From a candidate division FCPU426 bacterium (GTDB lineage Bacteria > Oederibacteriota > Muellerivitia > Muellerivitales > Muellerivitaceae), in assembly GCA_963771075.1 (NCBI GenBank), contig CAVYSE010000017.1:104021-168020 (forward strand): a stretch of 64,000 nt of DNA. The letters run 5' to 3'. The position numbers were made by a program, and so were the translations under genes. How positions within the stretch are numbered: the stretch's first letter is position 1; each line of letters begins with the position of its first letter. The notes below the pieces were generated by a model, which was not told the DNA's origin, did no database searches, and saw only the letters and a program-made list of their open reading frames with translations. Shown piece after piece: positions 37,713 through 47,289 of the stretch.

Positions 37713-37742
37713 TCGAAGGAGGGAAGGAGAAATCCCCAATTG

Positions 37743-39281
37743 TCAGAGTTTTCGTCTCTGGGACGCCGAAGGAATCCTCAATTCCTCCCGATACTTGGCG
37801 ATGGTGCGGCGTGCAATAGAAAGACCGTCTTGAGTGAGAATTTGCATGATCTTCTGATCCGAGTATGGTTTGCGGGCGGGTTCCTGGGACACTAATTCCT
37901 TTATCCTTTCTTTGACCGTTAACGATGAAATATCCATGCCGTCGGAGGATTCCAAACCGCTGGTGAAGAAATACTTCAATTCGAACAAACCCCTGGGGGT
38001 CTGGACATACTTGTGGGTGGTTACCCGGGATACGGTGGATTCATGCATGCCAATCATGTCGGCGACCTGTTTCAAGGTCAGAGGTTTCAATCCAACTAGT
38101 CCTGACTCCAGAAAATCCCGTTGAATGCGGAAAATAGCCTCCGTGACACGATAGATTGTCTTGCGCCTCTGCTCAATGTTTTTAATGAGCCAAAGAGCGG
38201 ACTGGATCTTCGACTCAAGAAATTTCTTTGTTTCCTTGCCTCCCAAGGTCGATTTATCGCGCAAAAGCTTGCGATAATAACCTGAGATTCGCAGCTTGGG
38301 CACCGGCTCGTCATTCAAAACCACCACGTAATCGCCCTCGATCTTACGCACACTCACATCCGGGGTGATGTACTTGGTATCTTCGGATTGGAAAGCCCGA
38401 CCCGGTTTGGGGTCCAACGTGGCGATAAAATCCAATATGGGCCTTAGCTCTTCTTCCGCGCACTCCAAACCCTTGGCAAGGGTTGAATAACGGCGTTTTT
38501 CTAAATCATCGAAGAAATCATGAACTACCCGGTAGGCTTTCCGAGCTATCTCCCCAACCTTGCTTTCCAATTGAAGAAGCAAACATTCCCTTAGATTCCT
38601 GGCTCCCACGCCAGTCGGCTCAAAGGATTGGATCGTTTCCAGGGATTTCTCAAGTTTATCCAGGGGAATTCCTTGAGTGATAGAGATGTTTTCGAGGGTA
38701 TCGGTCAAATAACCGTTTTCATCCAGATTGCCAATGAGCAACTTACCTAGGGACAGTTCCTCGTCCCCCTGGGTTACTAGCAACAGCTGCCATTCCAAAC
38801 TTTCGGCGAGTGTTTGGATTCGGGTGATGGATGCCTCGACATAATCCCTTTTTTCTTGCTCCGCCCCCGAGTCTTCCGAACCCCCATAATTTCCGGGACC
38901 ACCCTCATAATCGTCGCCCTGCCCCATGAGGGCCCAGGCCTCGATGTCGAAATGATCCCCTTCTTTCAAGTGCTCCACCACATCATTCGTGGATCGTTGT
39001 TGAAGTCTTTCGAGCAATTCGGCTTCGGCGGTGTTGGTTTCCTGGGAGGCGTCGGCGGGAGGGGCGGGAGAAACGGTCTTATCGTCGGCCGTTTCAGCAG
39101 GGGCTTCCTCTTGTTCCTCCTCCAGAACCGGATTTTCCATCATTTCCTTCTCGACCCACTCCTTCAGTTCCAGGGTGGACAGCTGAAGGATCTTCATGGC
39201 CTGCTGCAACATGGGCGTCATGATCATGCGCTGTTGCATGCGCTGATGCATTCCGAAATTTTGGCGCATATTCCATGCCAC
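37743..39281 (-). CDS. rpoN: RNA polymerase sigma-54 factor
   Basis: MTPMLQQAMKILQL region I, HESTVSR HTH and ARRTIAKYRE RpoN box. Confidence 0.97.
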   Translation of the reverse strand: MAWNMRQNFGMHQRMQQRMIMTPMLQQAMKILQLSTLELKEWVEKEMMENPVLEEEQEEAPAETADDKTVSPAPPADASQETNTAEAELLERLQQRSTNDVVEHLKEGDHFDIEAWALMGQGDDYEGGPGNYGGSEDSGAEQEKRDYVEASITRIQTLAESLEWQLLLVTQGDEELSLGKLLIGNLDENGYLTDTLENISITQGIPLDKLEKSLETIQSFEPTGVGARNLRECLLLQLESKVGEIARKAYRVVHDFFDDLEKRRYSTLAKGLECAEEELRPILDFIATLDPKPGRAFQSEDTKYITPDVSVRKIEGDYVVVLNDEPVPKLRISGYYRKLLRDKSTLGGKETKKFLESKIQSALWLIKNIEQRRKTIYRVTEAIFRIQRDFLESGLVGLKPLTLKQVADMIGMHESTVSRVTTHKYVQTPRGLFELKYFFTSGLESSDGMDISSLTVKERIKELVSQEPARKPYSDQKIMQILTQDGLSIARRTIAKYREELRIPSASQRRKL

Positions 39282-39305
39282 CCGGTAGGAGGTAACTGCG
39301 CAAGA

Positions 39306-39311
39306 ATTATA
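39306..39311 (-). promoter_or_regulatory. Putative -10 element for rpoN
   Basis: ggTATAAT about 25 bp upstream of the start. Confidence 0.4.
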
Positions 39312-39376
39312 CCTTTTTTAGCAGAATTAGAGGAATTTCATTAACTTGCTCTTTTATTAACATTTATAAAGTTCTT

Positions 39377-40600
39377 TCAATCAGACCAGCCCTTTTGGAA
39401 CCTTGTCTTTTCCCATTGGCCAATCCAAAAGTCAAGATCAAAGGGTTTTGGATATTCTAAATGTCCTTTCCTAATTCCCCGTCCGCCCTTGAAGATCGAC
39501 TTTAAGGTGCGAAAATTTTCCGGATTGACCAAGGGATCAAACTGGTAAAGTGCAAAGTCAGCCCACTTCCCCTTCTCTAATGATCCAATGGAATCTTCAT
39601 TCAATACCTTCGCCGCTTCCGAAGTGGCCATTCTCAAGCATTGGGCAGGCGTCATCCCGGTCTCTTGAAGATCCTTCCACTCCTGTGTGGAAACTCCATA
39701 AGGCATATGGGGATTACCTGCGTCGGTTCCGTAGGCCACCCTCCCGCCTAGTGAAAGGTATCGTTCTAGGTTCTGCATGCTGTGGTAATGCCCTTCCCGA
39801 AAACCATGCCGGCAAAACTGGCCGAAGGGATGATCCAAACGTCTTTTCCATTCTTGCGCCCATCCTTCGTGCGCGTGCAATGTCGGTAGGATTATAATTT
39901 TCTTTTTCACCGCTTCTTTCCAAAGGTCGTCTGAAACAGGCCGGGCGGGCATATGGGCCAATTCATCCACCCCATGAGCCACACAAAGCTCAAAGTCCAT
40001 TTCATTGGTGATATGGGCCGTAACACGCATCCCAAGTGCATGAGCGGCCGAAACTATCCCATCCATTTCGGCCTTGGAAAGACAAGGGCCTAGTTCATGT
40101 TCTAAACCGATTTTAATGACGTCCATTCCGAGTCCGGACAGCTTTTGGACCCGGTCCTGAGCTTGATAACGACCTTTAATCGTAAAGGCAACACTCGGGC
40201 CCCACACGTTCTCGGGATAGCCTCCCGGACAAGTCAGGACCGGTCCCGAAGTGAACAACCGGGGAGATACAACACGTCCGGATCGTTCCTTCGCCTTCCA
40301 TTCCAAGGCCGTATTCGCATCGCTGGCCAAATCACGGGCCGTGGTAACTCCATTCCGTAAAAAGCTGGCGAGAACTTTCTCATTGACCAAGGCATGAACA
40401 TGTAGATCAATTAACCCAGGCAATAGAAATTGACCCTTTCCCGGAATTTCTTCTAATGCCTCGAACAACGGAGCTTTTGACGAAGGCCCGGCGTAGATTA
40501 TTTTCCCACGGAAAACCAACAGGACCGATTCCAAAATCGGTTGATCATGGACCCCGTCGTAAAGAGTGGCTTTTAAAATGGCAAGGTCGACTTTCAACAT
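39377..40600 (-). CDS. Metal-dependent amidohydrolase family protein
   Basis: LPGLIDLHVH, GVTTARD, VTAH, GTDAG and GSLEKGKWAD motifs. Confidence 0.9.
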   Translation of the reverse strand: MLKVDLAILKATLYDGVHDQPILESVLLVFRGKIIYAGPSSKAPLFEALEEIPGKGQFLLPGLIDLHVHALVNEKVLASFLRNGVTTARDLASDANTALEWKAKERSGRVVSPRLFTSGPVLTCPGGYPENVWGPSVAFTIKGRYQAQDRVQKLSGLGMDVIKIGLEHELGPCLSKAEMDGIVSAAHALGMRVTAHITNEMDFELCVAHGVDELAHMPARPVSDDLWKEAVKKKIIILPTLHAHEGWAQEWKRRLDHPFGQFCRHGFREGHYHSMQNLERYLSLGGRVAYGTDAGNPHMPYGVSTQEWKDLQETGMTPAQCLRMATSEAAKVLNEDSIGSLEKGKWADFALYQFDPLVNPENFRTLKSIFKGGRGIRKGHLEYPKPFDLDFWIGQWEKTRFQKGWSD

Positions 40601-40699
40601 AATTCTCCGTAACCCATCGGACCTTCGACTTATTTATGGAGGCCAATACAGCTTCGCTCAAACGCCGGACAAACTAGTCCCTTTCGCCAAAACCACTTT

Positions 40700-41607
40700 T
40701 TACTGGCCCAAAACGTCATTCAAAAGATAGGCCAGCCTTACTCCCGCCTTTTCCAACTGATGTTCCATGATAAATCTCATTTTGCCGTTTTCATAATCCT
40801 CGGGCAAATCCCGACCCCAGCGGTTCTTCGGCAGGGGTCCCCTCGGCAACTCGTCATAGATGTTTTTCTGAGCGATTAAAAAAGACTCGTAAGCCCATTG
40901 CTCGGGAGTTCCCCCAACCCAATTGGATTCGTCGTTCGGATCCATCCCGGACTCCAGCCGGGTGGCCATTTCTCGAGGGGATTGGGTATTGGTTGTTTCA
41001 AACCCATCATCATACGCCGAGCCAGCATGCGGGGGATGGATAATGGGTTGTGTTTCAAAAAGATCATCCCAGTACTTGTGGAGACATATCCAAATTTTCT
41101 TATTCCCTTTTTTAGACGGGATCGTAAACCATTTCTCGTTCCCCCCCGGTCGTTATCATCGGCGCAATGCAGGGGCTGGTGCAGATCGCCCACAAAATGC
41201 ACCAAAAACTTCAAGGCCTCCCTTTTAACACCTTTTTTACCGAAAGGTTCCCGTAAGATTTGAACATCTTTATTAATCTGCTCCACCACGCAGTCCTCAT
41301 ATCGGCAAGCGGTTTCAAGGTCGAATTGCCCCTGGCCCTCCCGAACGTCGAGATTCAAGTAATGCCAGGGAGCCGTCTCCGGCCTTACATGGACAATGGC
41401 GTCGGCCCAAGTGGAAATCGAGGGCATATCTCGGTCTTGGCCTAACAATTCCCGGACAGACCTCCGGGCCTTGGGATTTAAACGGTCCTGGGCGATCCAG
41501 GCTATCGTTTTGTGGCCCACCGCCCCCCAAGCTTTTAGCGAACCGGGATAGGAAAAAATAAAGGTCAAGAAGGCGGCGATCAAAATATTACGCTTAGGGA
41601 AAGTCAT
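40700..41607 (-). pseudogene. S1/P1 nuclease, split by a one-base frameshift in a G7 run (possibly a sequencing error)
   Basis: AWGAVGH, WADA, WHYLN and HFVGDLHQPLH motifs. One extra G at 41141-41147 gives DRGGNEKW...LHKYWDD and joins the QLEKAGVRLA C-terminal ORF. Confidence 0.85.
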
Positions 41608-41750
41608 GGGTTTATCCAAAAAAGTCTGAAGAATATCGGCCTCGGATTATAACCCATCCAATTTAAAAAGTTTCAAAGCAGCGAAAGAAAGATAATCTTC
41701 AACCAAGATTTGGGCCCATCAATGGCCGCCGACAAGATAATCCCCAATTA

Positions 41751-41783
41751 AATAAAAAAGGCCAGCCTTGTTTGGCTGGCCTT
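41751..41783 (-). terminator. Rho-independent terminator of the GH5 gene
   Basis: AAGGCCAGCC-aaacaa-GGCTGGCCTT followed by a T-run on the minus strand. Confidence 0.85.
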
Positions 41784-41804
41784 CGGTTGCTTGATTTTAC
41801 TTGT

Positions 41805-44800
41805 TTATCGAAGGACTAACATTTTCCCAACCGAATGGCCGCTGTTGGTGGTCACCACGACGTAATAAAGACCGCTCGCCAGCGGATTGTTCCAATTATC
41901 AACAAGGGAAATTTTCGGGTCATCCCCATACATCTTACTATACGTGTGTTTAAACACTTTTCGGTAAGCTACTGTGTAGATTTCCACGGTTACGGAATTG
42001 CCCGTGTAGACCGGGGGACGAACAGCTACCTGGGCTGTACCATCCGCCGGGTTGGGGTATATCACAGGAACGCTTAAAGCAACCGGGGTATTGGTAATGG
42101 TGGCGGTAATTGTACCGGTGGTGGTTACCGTAAAGGTTAAGGTGGGGGTAATCGTGGCTGTGACCGTTAAGGATGGAGTCGGTGTGATCGTTTGAGTATT
42201 GGTAGACGTTAAGGTAGAGGTATTCGTTGGGGTTGAAGTGGCTTGCTGGCAATTCACGGTATTGCCCAAAACGGGCAGACCCGATATTGACACCGGTTGG
42301 CCGCCGTTATTGGAGCTTATCCCCGTTAAACCACTGATTGAGAACTGATAGGTTCCGATGGCCGAATTATTGAAATTCACCTGGAATTGCAGACTCACAG
42401 GCGAAGAGGTGACCGGGAAGTTATTCAAAGGTAACGTCGCAGTATTGCCCGTAAATCCTGTTATGGATCCCTCGAAAATTCCATTGGCATAAACGCTAAC
42501 ACTTGTAATGTTGGCTGCGTTCCCTCCAATGTCATCAAGAGTCACGTTCGTCAAGTTCACGGATAAGCTGGTCGTGTTGGTAAGGGTGGCCGACACCACC
42601 GTGACGCCAGAGCTTCCCGAGAGGGTATTTACCGTTGATGTAGTGGAACTCAAGTTCAAAACATTCGATGTAGGTGTAGATGTTGCAGTTTGTGTTGATG
42701 TCGCCGTCTGAGTGGAGGTTGTGGTCGATGTGTCGGTAGGAGTATTCGTTGAAGTATAGGTATGAGTATAGGTGAAGACTGGAGTGTCGGTATTCGTTGG
42801 GGTTACTGTAATCGTACTAGTGGCTGTAGACGTGTTGGTCGCTGTTGAAGTGGCTGTTGACGTCGGTGTAAACGTAACCGTTGAGGTAAAGGTAAACGAA
42901 GCGGTCGAGGAAGGCGTACCCGTCGCTGTAGATGTATCGGTCGATGTTGGAGATTGGGTATTGGTGGGTGTGTTGGTAACTGTTGTGGTATGGGTTTCCG
43001 TAAACGTATTGGTCATAGTTGGAGTATTCGTTACGGTGAAGGTATGGGTCTCTGTAAAGGTCGGTGTCAAAGTGGACGTAAAAGTGGGGGTTCTCGTAAT
43101 AGTAGAAGTCGCCGTGGATGTGAGTGTATTAGTTACAGTGGGTGACAAGGTCAGTGTCGGGGATAAGGTAATTGTCGGACTAAAGGGGAAAGTAGCAGTA
43201 GACGTTTCCGTGATGGTATACGTTGAAGTGATCGTGGGAGTCATCGTACGGGTCGCTGTCGAAGTCGATGTTGAGGTCGAGGTAAAAGAAGAAGTCGGCG
43301 TGTTAGTCACCGTCGATGTGTAGGTAGCGGTCGAAGTAGAGGTCGCCGTTGAGGTATGGGTGGGGGTATGGGTCGATGTAAACGTAACCGTACTGGTTAA
43401 TGTATTTGTCGGCGTAAATGAGGCGGTGATGGTCGGTGTAAGGGTCACCGTCGGGGACAAAGTGATCGTTGGGCTTAACGGAAATGTGGCCGTTGGGGTG
43501 CCTGTTTGGGTCGGGGTTCCCGTAACGGAATTGGTCGGGGTGTTCGTGGGAGTCAAAGTGCGCGTAGCGGTTGAGGTAGAAGTCGAGGTGCCCGTGAAAG
43601 ATGCGGTCGAAGTATGGGTCGACGTAAATGTCGCCGTGGCAGTCGCTGTAAAGGTGGAAGTTCCTGTTGAAGTGCGGGTGGCAGTCGCAGTGGTCGTAAA
43701 GGTGGAGGTCGGGGTCGAAGTTAGCGTTGGGGATAAGGTAATGGTTAAGGTAAATGGAGATGTTGCGGTGGGTGTTCCCGTGATTGTGGAAGTCATGGTA
43801 CGGGTAGCTGTCGTTGTACTAGTTGAAGTAGAGGTAATAGTTGACGTGAAAGTGCCGGTTGACGTGGCAGTATAGGTACTGGTCAAAGTCTTAGTCGTTG
43901 TTTGGGTTGGAGTCGCGGTAGGAGATAAAGTATTAGTCGCTGAAAATTGAGTGGTCGCAGTGGGAGTCCCGGATAGGGTTGAGGTAGAGGTAGCAGTCGA
44001 GGTGTAGGTTGAAGTTGATGTGCGGCTTGAAGTCGATGAAGCTGTGGGAGTCACCGTTCCCGTACTCGAGAGTGTCGCGGTCGGTGTCATCGTCCTTGTA
44101 TATGTCGGAGTAGGCGTAATTGTATTCGTGGGACTACTTGTAAAAGTCAAAGTATTGCCCACAGTCGCTGTTAAAGTGGCAGTCACGGATGGGGTTGAGG
44201 ATTTTGTGGGCGTGTTGGAGGATGTTGAAGTTTGGGAAGGCGATGGAGACGCGGTGTTGGTGCGTGTAGTAGTAACTGTATTGGTATTGGTTAAAGCCAC
44301 CGTAGGTGTGCGAGTGGGAGTAAAGGTTGAGGTTTTTGCTACAGCGGAAGGGGTGGGCGTAATAGGCAGAGTCGAACCCGATAAGCAGACGTCGTTGATA
44401 TACATGCCAAAGGTCGTAGGTCCACCTTGGGTTTCCCATTGAAGGGCCAGCACTTGGGTGATGGCCTGGGATAGCCACATCGTGACCCCCGCGCTGTTAT
44501 GGGGCGGTGAATCGCCATCGCCACCATTCCAGTCCTGAAACTCCATTGCATTAATAGGAAAGCTCTCAAGAATCCAAGTATTAGCCTGGTTCACAACAAA
44601 ATTTTGACCGTATTGGTTCCCGTTACCCCCGCACGCAAAATACTGGCCTTGCCAAGTAATTGGCTCCTGGTTGATCGAGGGGTTGTTGAGCTGGAACCGG
44701 AGAGTTACGGGAGCCACCGTGGTTCGGACATAAAACGCGAAATTCGTCACCCAATTCAGGTTGGTATAACCCACCTGGAGATCGGTTTGCAGGCCGAAAC

Positions 44801-46277
44801 CGCAATAAGTTGCGGGTGAGCTTGTGCCGTTCTCGCTATATCCGCCACTTACGAAAGCCGAATAAGTTTCACTATTTGGGCCCGCAACGGCGCTGCTTAG
44901 GCAAGCCGTGCAATACAAATTAGTAGCGGGACAACTGGCGTAAGACAACATGGGGCTCGATGTTTCGGGTGCGCCGCTTCCAAGACTTTCCCAATTATAG
45001 GCCGACCAAGAACCGTTTAAGTTGTTGGTGGCGTAGGGCGCGCTCGTGTAGGGGCTCTGTGAAAAATTGGAGAGCATGAAGCAATTTCCTTCGGTGGGAA
45101 CGGGAGTGGGGGTATAGGTCGCCCCGCCTATGGCGGAATCGCAGGATGGATTCGCCGTACCCGTCAAAGAATTATAGACATACTGTCCGTGATAAGACGT
45201 GGGACTGTAGCCCGTCCAACTCGAGAGCAAGGGAGGGGAATTGGTCACTGACATGTTCCAAGCTGTCCAGCTTAAATTTCCTGGATCAAGAACACTTGAA
45301 ATAAAATTTTGTGTGAACGCAGCGGTCCCGCAAGTAGCGCAGGGCCCAAACTCGCCAACCATCACGGGATAAGTGGTTGTAGATACGTTGACCGTTTGAT
45401 TCGCATTATTAGAATAAATATGGCAGTCGTACAAAACCCCATTTCCACTCGTGGTCGAAAGTTCGTAGTTGGGCAAAATGCTTGCCAAATCGTTGCACCA
45501 GTTGAGACCCCCGGCAATACAAATATTGTTGGCACCTGTATTACGCACTGCGGTTAGCAAAGCGTTCATACCAGGAGTATTGAACGAACCCGCCGACCCG
45601 CCGCTGTACCAGGCACTAGCGCCTAGGGTGTAGGGCTCGTTGTATAAATCAAAGAAAACCGCTGGATTGTTCATAGACCTGGCCGCCACGGAACTCCAAA
45701 AGGTGACAGCATTATAGTCCGCCATCTCCTGCTGGCCTGTGGCTGTTCCCCAACCCGCTCCCGTTGGGGGAGTAGTCGCTGAACTGGAGGTGCCTGAAAA
45801 GTGAAGATCGAGAATAATGTAACAATTTTGTGAGGAGCAAAGACTGACCAATTGATCCACCATGGCTGGATAACTATCGGGATAAAAAAACCACCGATCC
45901 TGGTTCAAGGGCAAACGAATAAAATTACTTTTCCAAGTATCGATAGCCTCGGTTGCAGTTGCGAGAATCCCAGATGGGTTAGCGTCATTGACTCCAAACT
46001 CGAGACCGTCGATGTCCACACCCCTCAAACGGACCGTGCACCCGCTACTCGCGTTGACGATTGCGCTACCATTAATTTTCAGTTGGGGGGGGGCTGCTTG
46101 GGCCGGTTGTGATAAAAGCAAAAGGCCAAAGCTTACAAGTAGAGCTATTAAATGGCGTTTAAATCGATTTAACGAAAACCGGATGAAGGGATTCATTAGG
46201 GAATAAAGCGCAGAAGAAAATCTCAAAATATCCTCCAAAACTTTACAGGTCTGAAATCCGGGGCAACGGCGAGACAA
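41805..46277 (-). CDS. Secreted GH5 glycoside hydrolase with a CBM-like domain, long Thr-rich region and T9SS-CTD-like C-terminus; start uncertain
   Basis: Signal peptide ending AQA; RLRGVD, IRLP, ILDLH, DLYNEP (acid/base) and PVMVGEFG (nucleophile); C-terminus YPNP...EIYT...LASGLYY...K. Confidence 0.88.
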   Translation of the reverse strand: MSRRCPGFQTCKVLEDILRFSSALYSLMNPFIRFSLNRFKRHLIALLVSFGLLLLSQPAQAAPPQLKINGSAIVNASSGCTVRLRGVDIDGLEFGVNDANPSGILATATEAIDTWKSNFIRLPLNQDRWFFYPDSYPAMVDQLVSLCSSQNCYIILDLHFSGTSSSATTPPTGAGWGTATGQQEMADYNAVTFWSSVAARSMNNPAVFFDLYNEPYTLGASAWYSGGSAGSFNTPGMNALLTAVRNTGANNICIAGGLNWCNDLASILPNYELSTTSGNGVLYDCHIYSNNANQTVNVSTTTYPVMVGEFGPCATCGTAAFTQNFISSVLDPGNLSWTAWNMSVTNSPPLLSSWTGYSPTSYHGQYVYNSLTGTANPSCDSAIGGATYTPTPVPTEGNCFMLSNFSQSPYTSAPYATNNLNGSWSAYNWESLGSGAPETSSPMLSYASCPATNLYCTACLSSAVAGPNSETYSAFVSGGYSENGTSSPATYCGFGLQTDLQVGYTNLNWVTNFAFYVRTTVAPVTLRFQLNNPSINQEPITWQGQYFACGGNGNQYGQNFVVNQANTWILESFPINAMEFQDWNGGDGDSPPHNSAGVTMWLSQAITQVLALQWETQGGPTTFGMYINDVCLSGSTLPITPTPSAVAKTSTFTPTRTPTVALTNTNTVTTTRTNTASPSPSQTSTSSNTPTKSSTPSVTATLTATVGNTLTFTSSPTNTITPTPTYTRTMTPTATLSSTGTVTPTASSTSSRTSTSTYTSTATSTSTLSGTPTATTQFSATNTLSPTATPTQTTTKTLTSTYTATSTGTFTSTITSTSTSTTTATRTMTSTITGTPTATSPFTLTITLSPTLTSTPTSTFTTTATATRTSTGTSTFTATATATFTSTHTSTASFTGTSTSTSTATRTLTPTNTPTNSVTGTPTQTGTPTATFPLSPTITLSPTVTLTPTITASFTPTNTLTSTVTFTSTHTPTHTSTATSTSTATYTSTVTNTPTSSFTSTSTSTSTATRTMTPTITSTYTITETSTATFPFSPTITLSPTLTLSPTVTNTLTSTATSTITRTPTFTSTLTPTFTETHTFTVTNTPTMTNTFTETHTTTVTNTPTNTQSPTSTDTSTATGTPSSTASFTFTSTVTFTPTSTATSTATNTSTATSTITVTPTNTDTPVFTYTHTYTSTNTPTDTSTTTSTQTATSTQTATSTPTSNVLNLSSTTSTVNTLSGSSGVTVVSATLTNTTSLSVNLTNVTLDDIGGNAANITSVSVYANGIFEGSITGFTGNTATLPLNNFPVTSSPVSLQFQVNFNNSAIGTYQFSISGLTGISSNNGGQPVSISGLPVLGNTVNCQQATSTPTNTSTLTSTNTQTITPTPSLTVTATITPTLTFTVTTTGTITATITNTPVALSVPVIYPNPADGTAQVAVRPPVYTGNSVTVEIYTVAYRKVFKHTYSKMYGDDPKISLVDNWNNPLASGLYYVVVTTNSGHSVGKMLVLR
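42660..44370 (-). repeat. Thr-alternating low-complexity coding region
   Basis: Several hundred residues of T-x-T-x with a recurring TATxxFxxTxTLSPT unit. Confidence 0.9.
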
Positions 46278-46576
46278 AGTAATTCTATCTCAGTTATTTG
46301 ATTTGGTGGGACAGGACAACATTTTTTATTGAACGATTTTAACGAGCAACCCGGCCTTTTTGAAAAATATTTAAGATGCTAATTTTATACTCATGAAATA
46401 ATTGGACAGCTTCTTTAATTAAACGATTCCAAGTGTGTGTTTTTTTAAAAAGAACAACCTCTTTACCCCCCCACAAATCGTTTTTGGTCCCTTAAAAAGT
46501 AGGTTTTTCAACCTTTTTAATAAAACAAATTGAACGTATGAAGGAAAATGCTAGCTGAATCATCTTAAAAGAATTC

Positions 46577-46582
46577 TATAAT
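46577..46582 (+). promoter_or_regulatory. Putative -10 element for the lipoprotein gene
   Basis: TATAAT in an AT-rich divergent intergenic region, with a GGAG RBS before the ATG at 46624. Confidence 0.45.
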
Positions 46583-46623
46583 GCTTTCCGTTGTGGTTGT
46601 AGAGTCCTAGAACGGAGACCTGA

Positions 46624-47253
46624 ATGAAGTTCAAAACCTTTTTAAGATATATCCCAATTTTTTTAGTCTCACTGATTTCTTTGTTCGTCGCCTGCACTCG
46701 CATCAACACAACCCCCGTTCCCAATCCGACATTCCCCCCTCAAACGATCTGGAGTAATGGCACCGTCGGTACTTGGTTTGGAAATGTTTTAAACGGAAAC
46801 AGTGGTGGATGTTGCCCCTCAACTAGTTCTATTTCTTCGGCATCGGATAATATTTCCGGTGATACAAACACCCTTCTTCTGTCCACAACCTATACTCATG
46901 GCTTTTATTTTTATTCTGCTTCAACCCCTTCGAATCCCTCTTCCTATTATTCCAAGGGCCATTTGCAATTTGATATTCGGTTGGAACAACCGCCCTCTCT
47001 TTTCACCTTGTTGTATGTGGAGTATCTTCTTCAGGCAAACAACGATAATGGGGCGGTCACTTTTAGCCCAAACTTCATAAATTCTTTGAGTACAACTTCA
47101 TTCACACATGTTTCTTTGCCCTTTACGACCTTCACCCCAGATTACGAAGCACAAAGCATTGATACGCCTTTTGAGATTTCCTGGCAAACCACTTCAGCCC
47201 CTTCAAACGGCAATATCGTAACCCTCGACGACATCGTCTGGACAGCCAATTAA
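46624..47253 (+). CDS. Lipoprotein with a CBM/galactose-binding-like beta-sandwich
   Basis: Lipobox-like LFVA-C; GHLQFDIR, FTHVSLPF and VTLDDIVW pattern. Confidence 0.65.
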   Translation: MKFKTFLRYIPIFLVSLISLFVACTRINTTPVPNPTFPPQTIWSNGTVGTWFGNVLNGNSGGCCPSTSSISSASDNISGDTNTLLLSTTYTHGFYFYSASTPSNPSSYYSKGHLQFDIRLEQPPSLFTLLYVEYLLQANNDNGAVTFSPNFINSLSTTSFTHVSLPFTTFTPDYEAQSIDTPFEISWQTTSAPSNGNIVTLDDIVWTAN

Positions 47254-47289
47254 AATTCAGGATCTCCAACCCTAAAGGTAACTTTTTAT

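Noticed and set aside
39285..39296. Anti-Shine-Dalgarno-like ACCTCCT just upstream of rpoN
   Set aside because: A 7-mer with no evident pairing partner or opposite-strand gene; could be chance.
42660..44370. Possible CRISPR or DNA tandem array
   Set aside because: No fixed-length identical repeats with spacers and no cas genes; the repetition is at protein level.
42508..44442. Val-rich ORFs (VxVxV) opposite the GH5 gene, and their mirrors at 52418-54352
   Set aside because: Antisense shadows of ACN Thr codons; no independent coding evidence.
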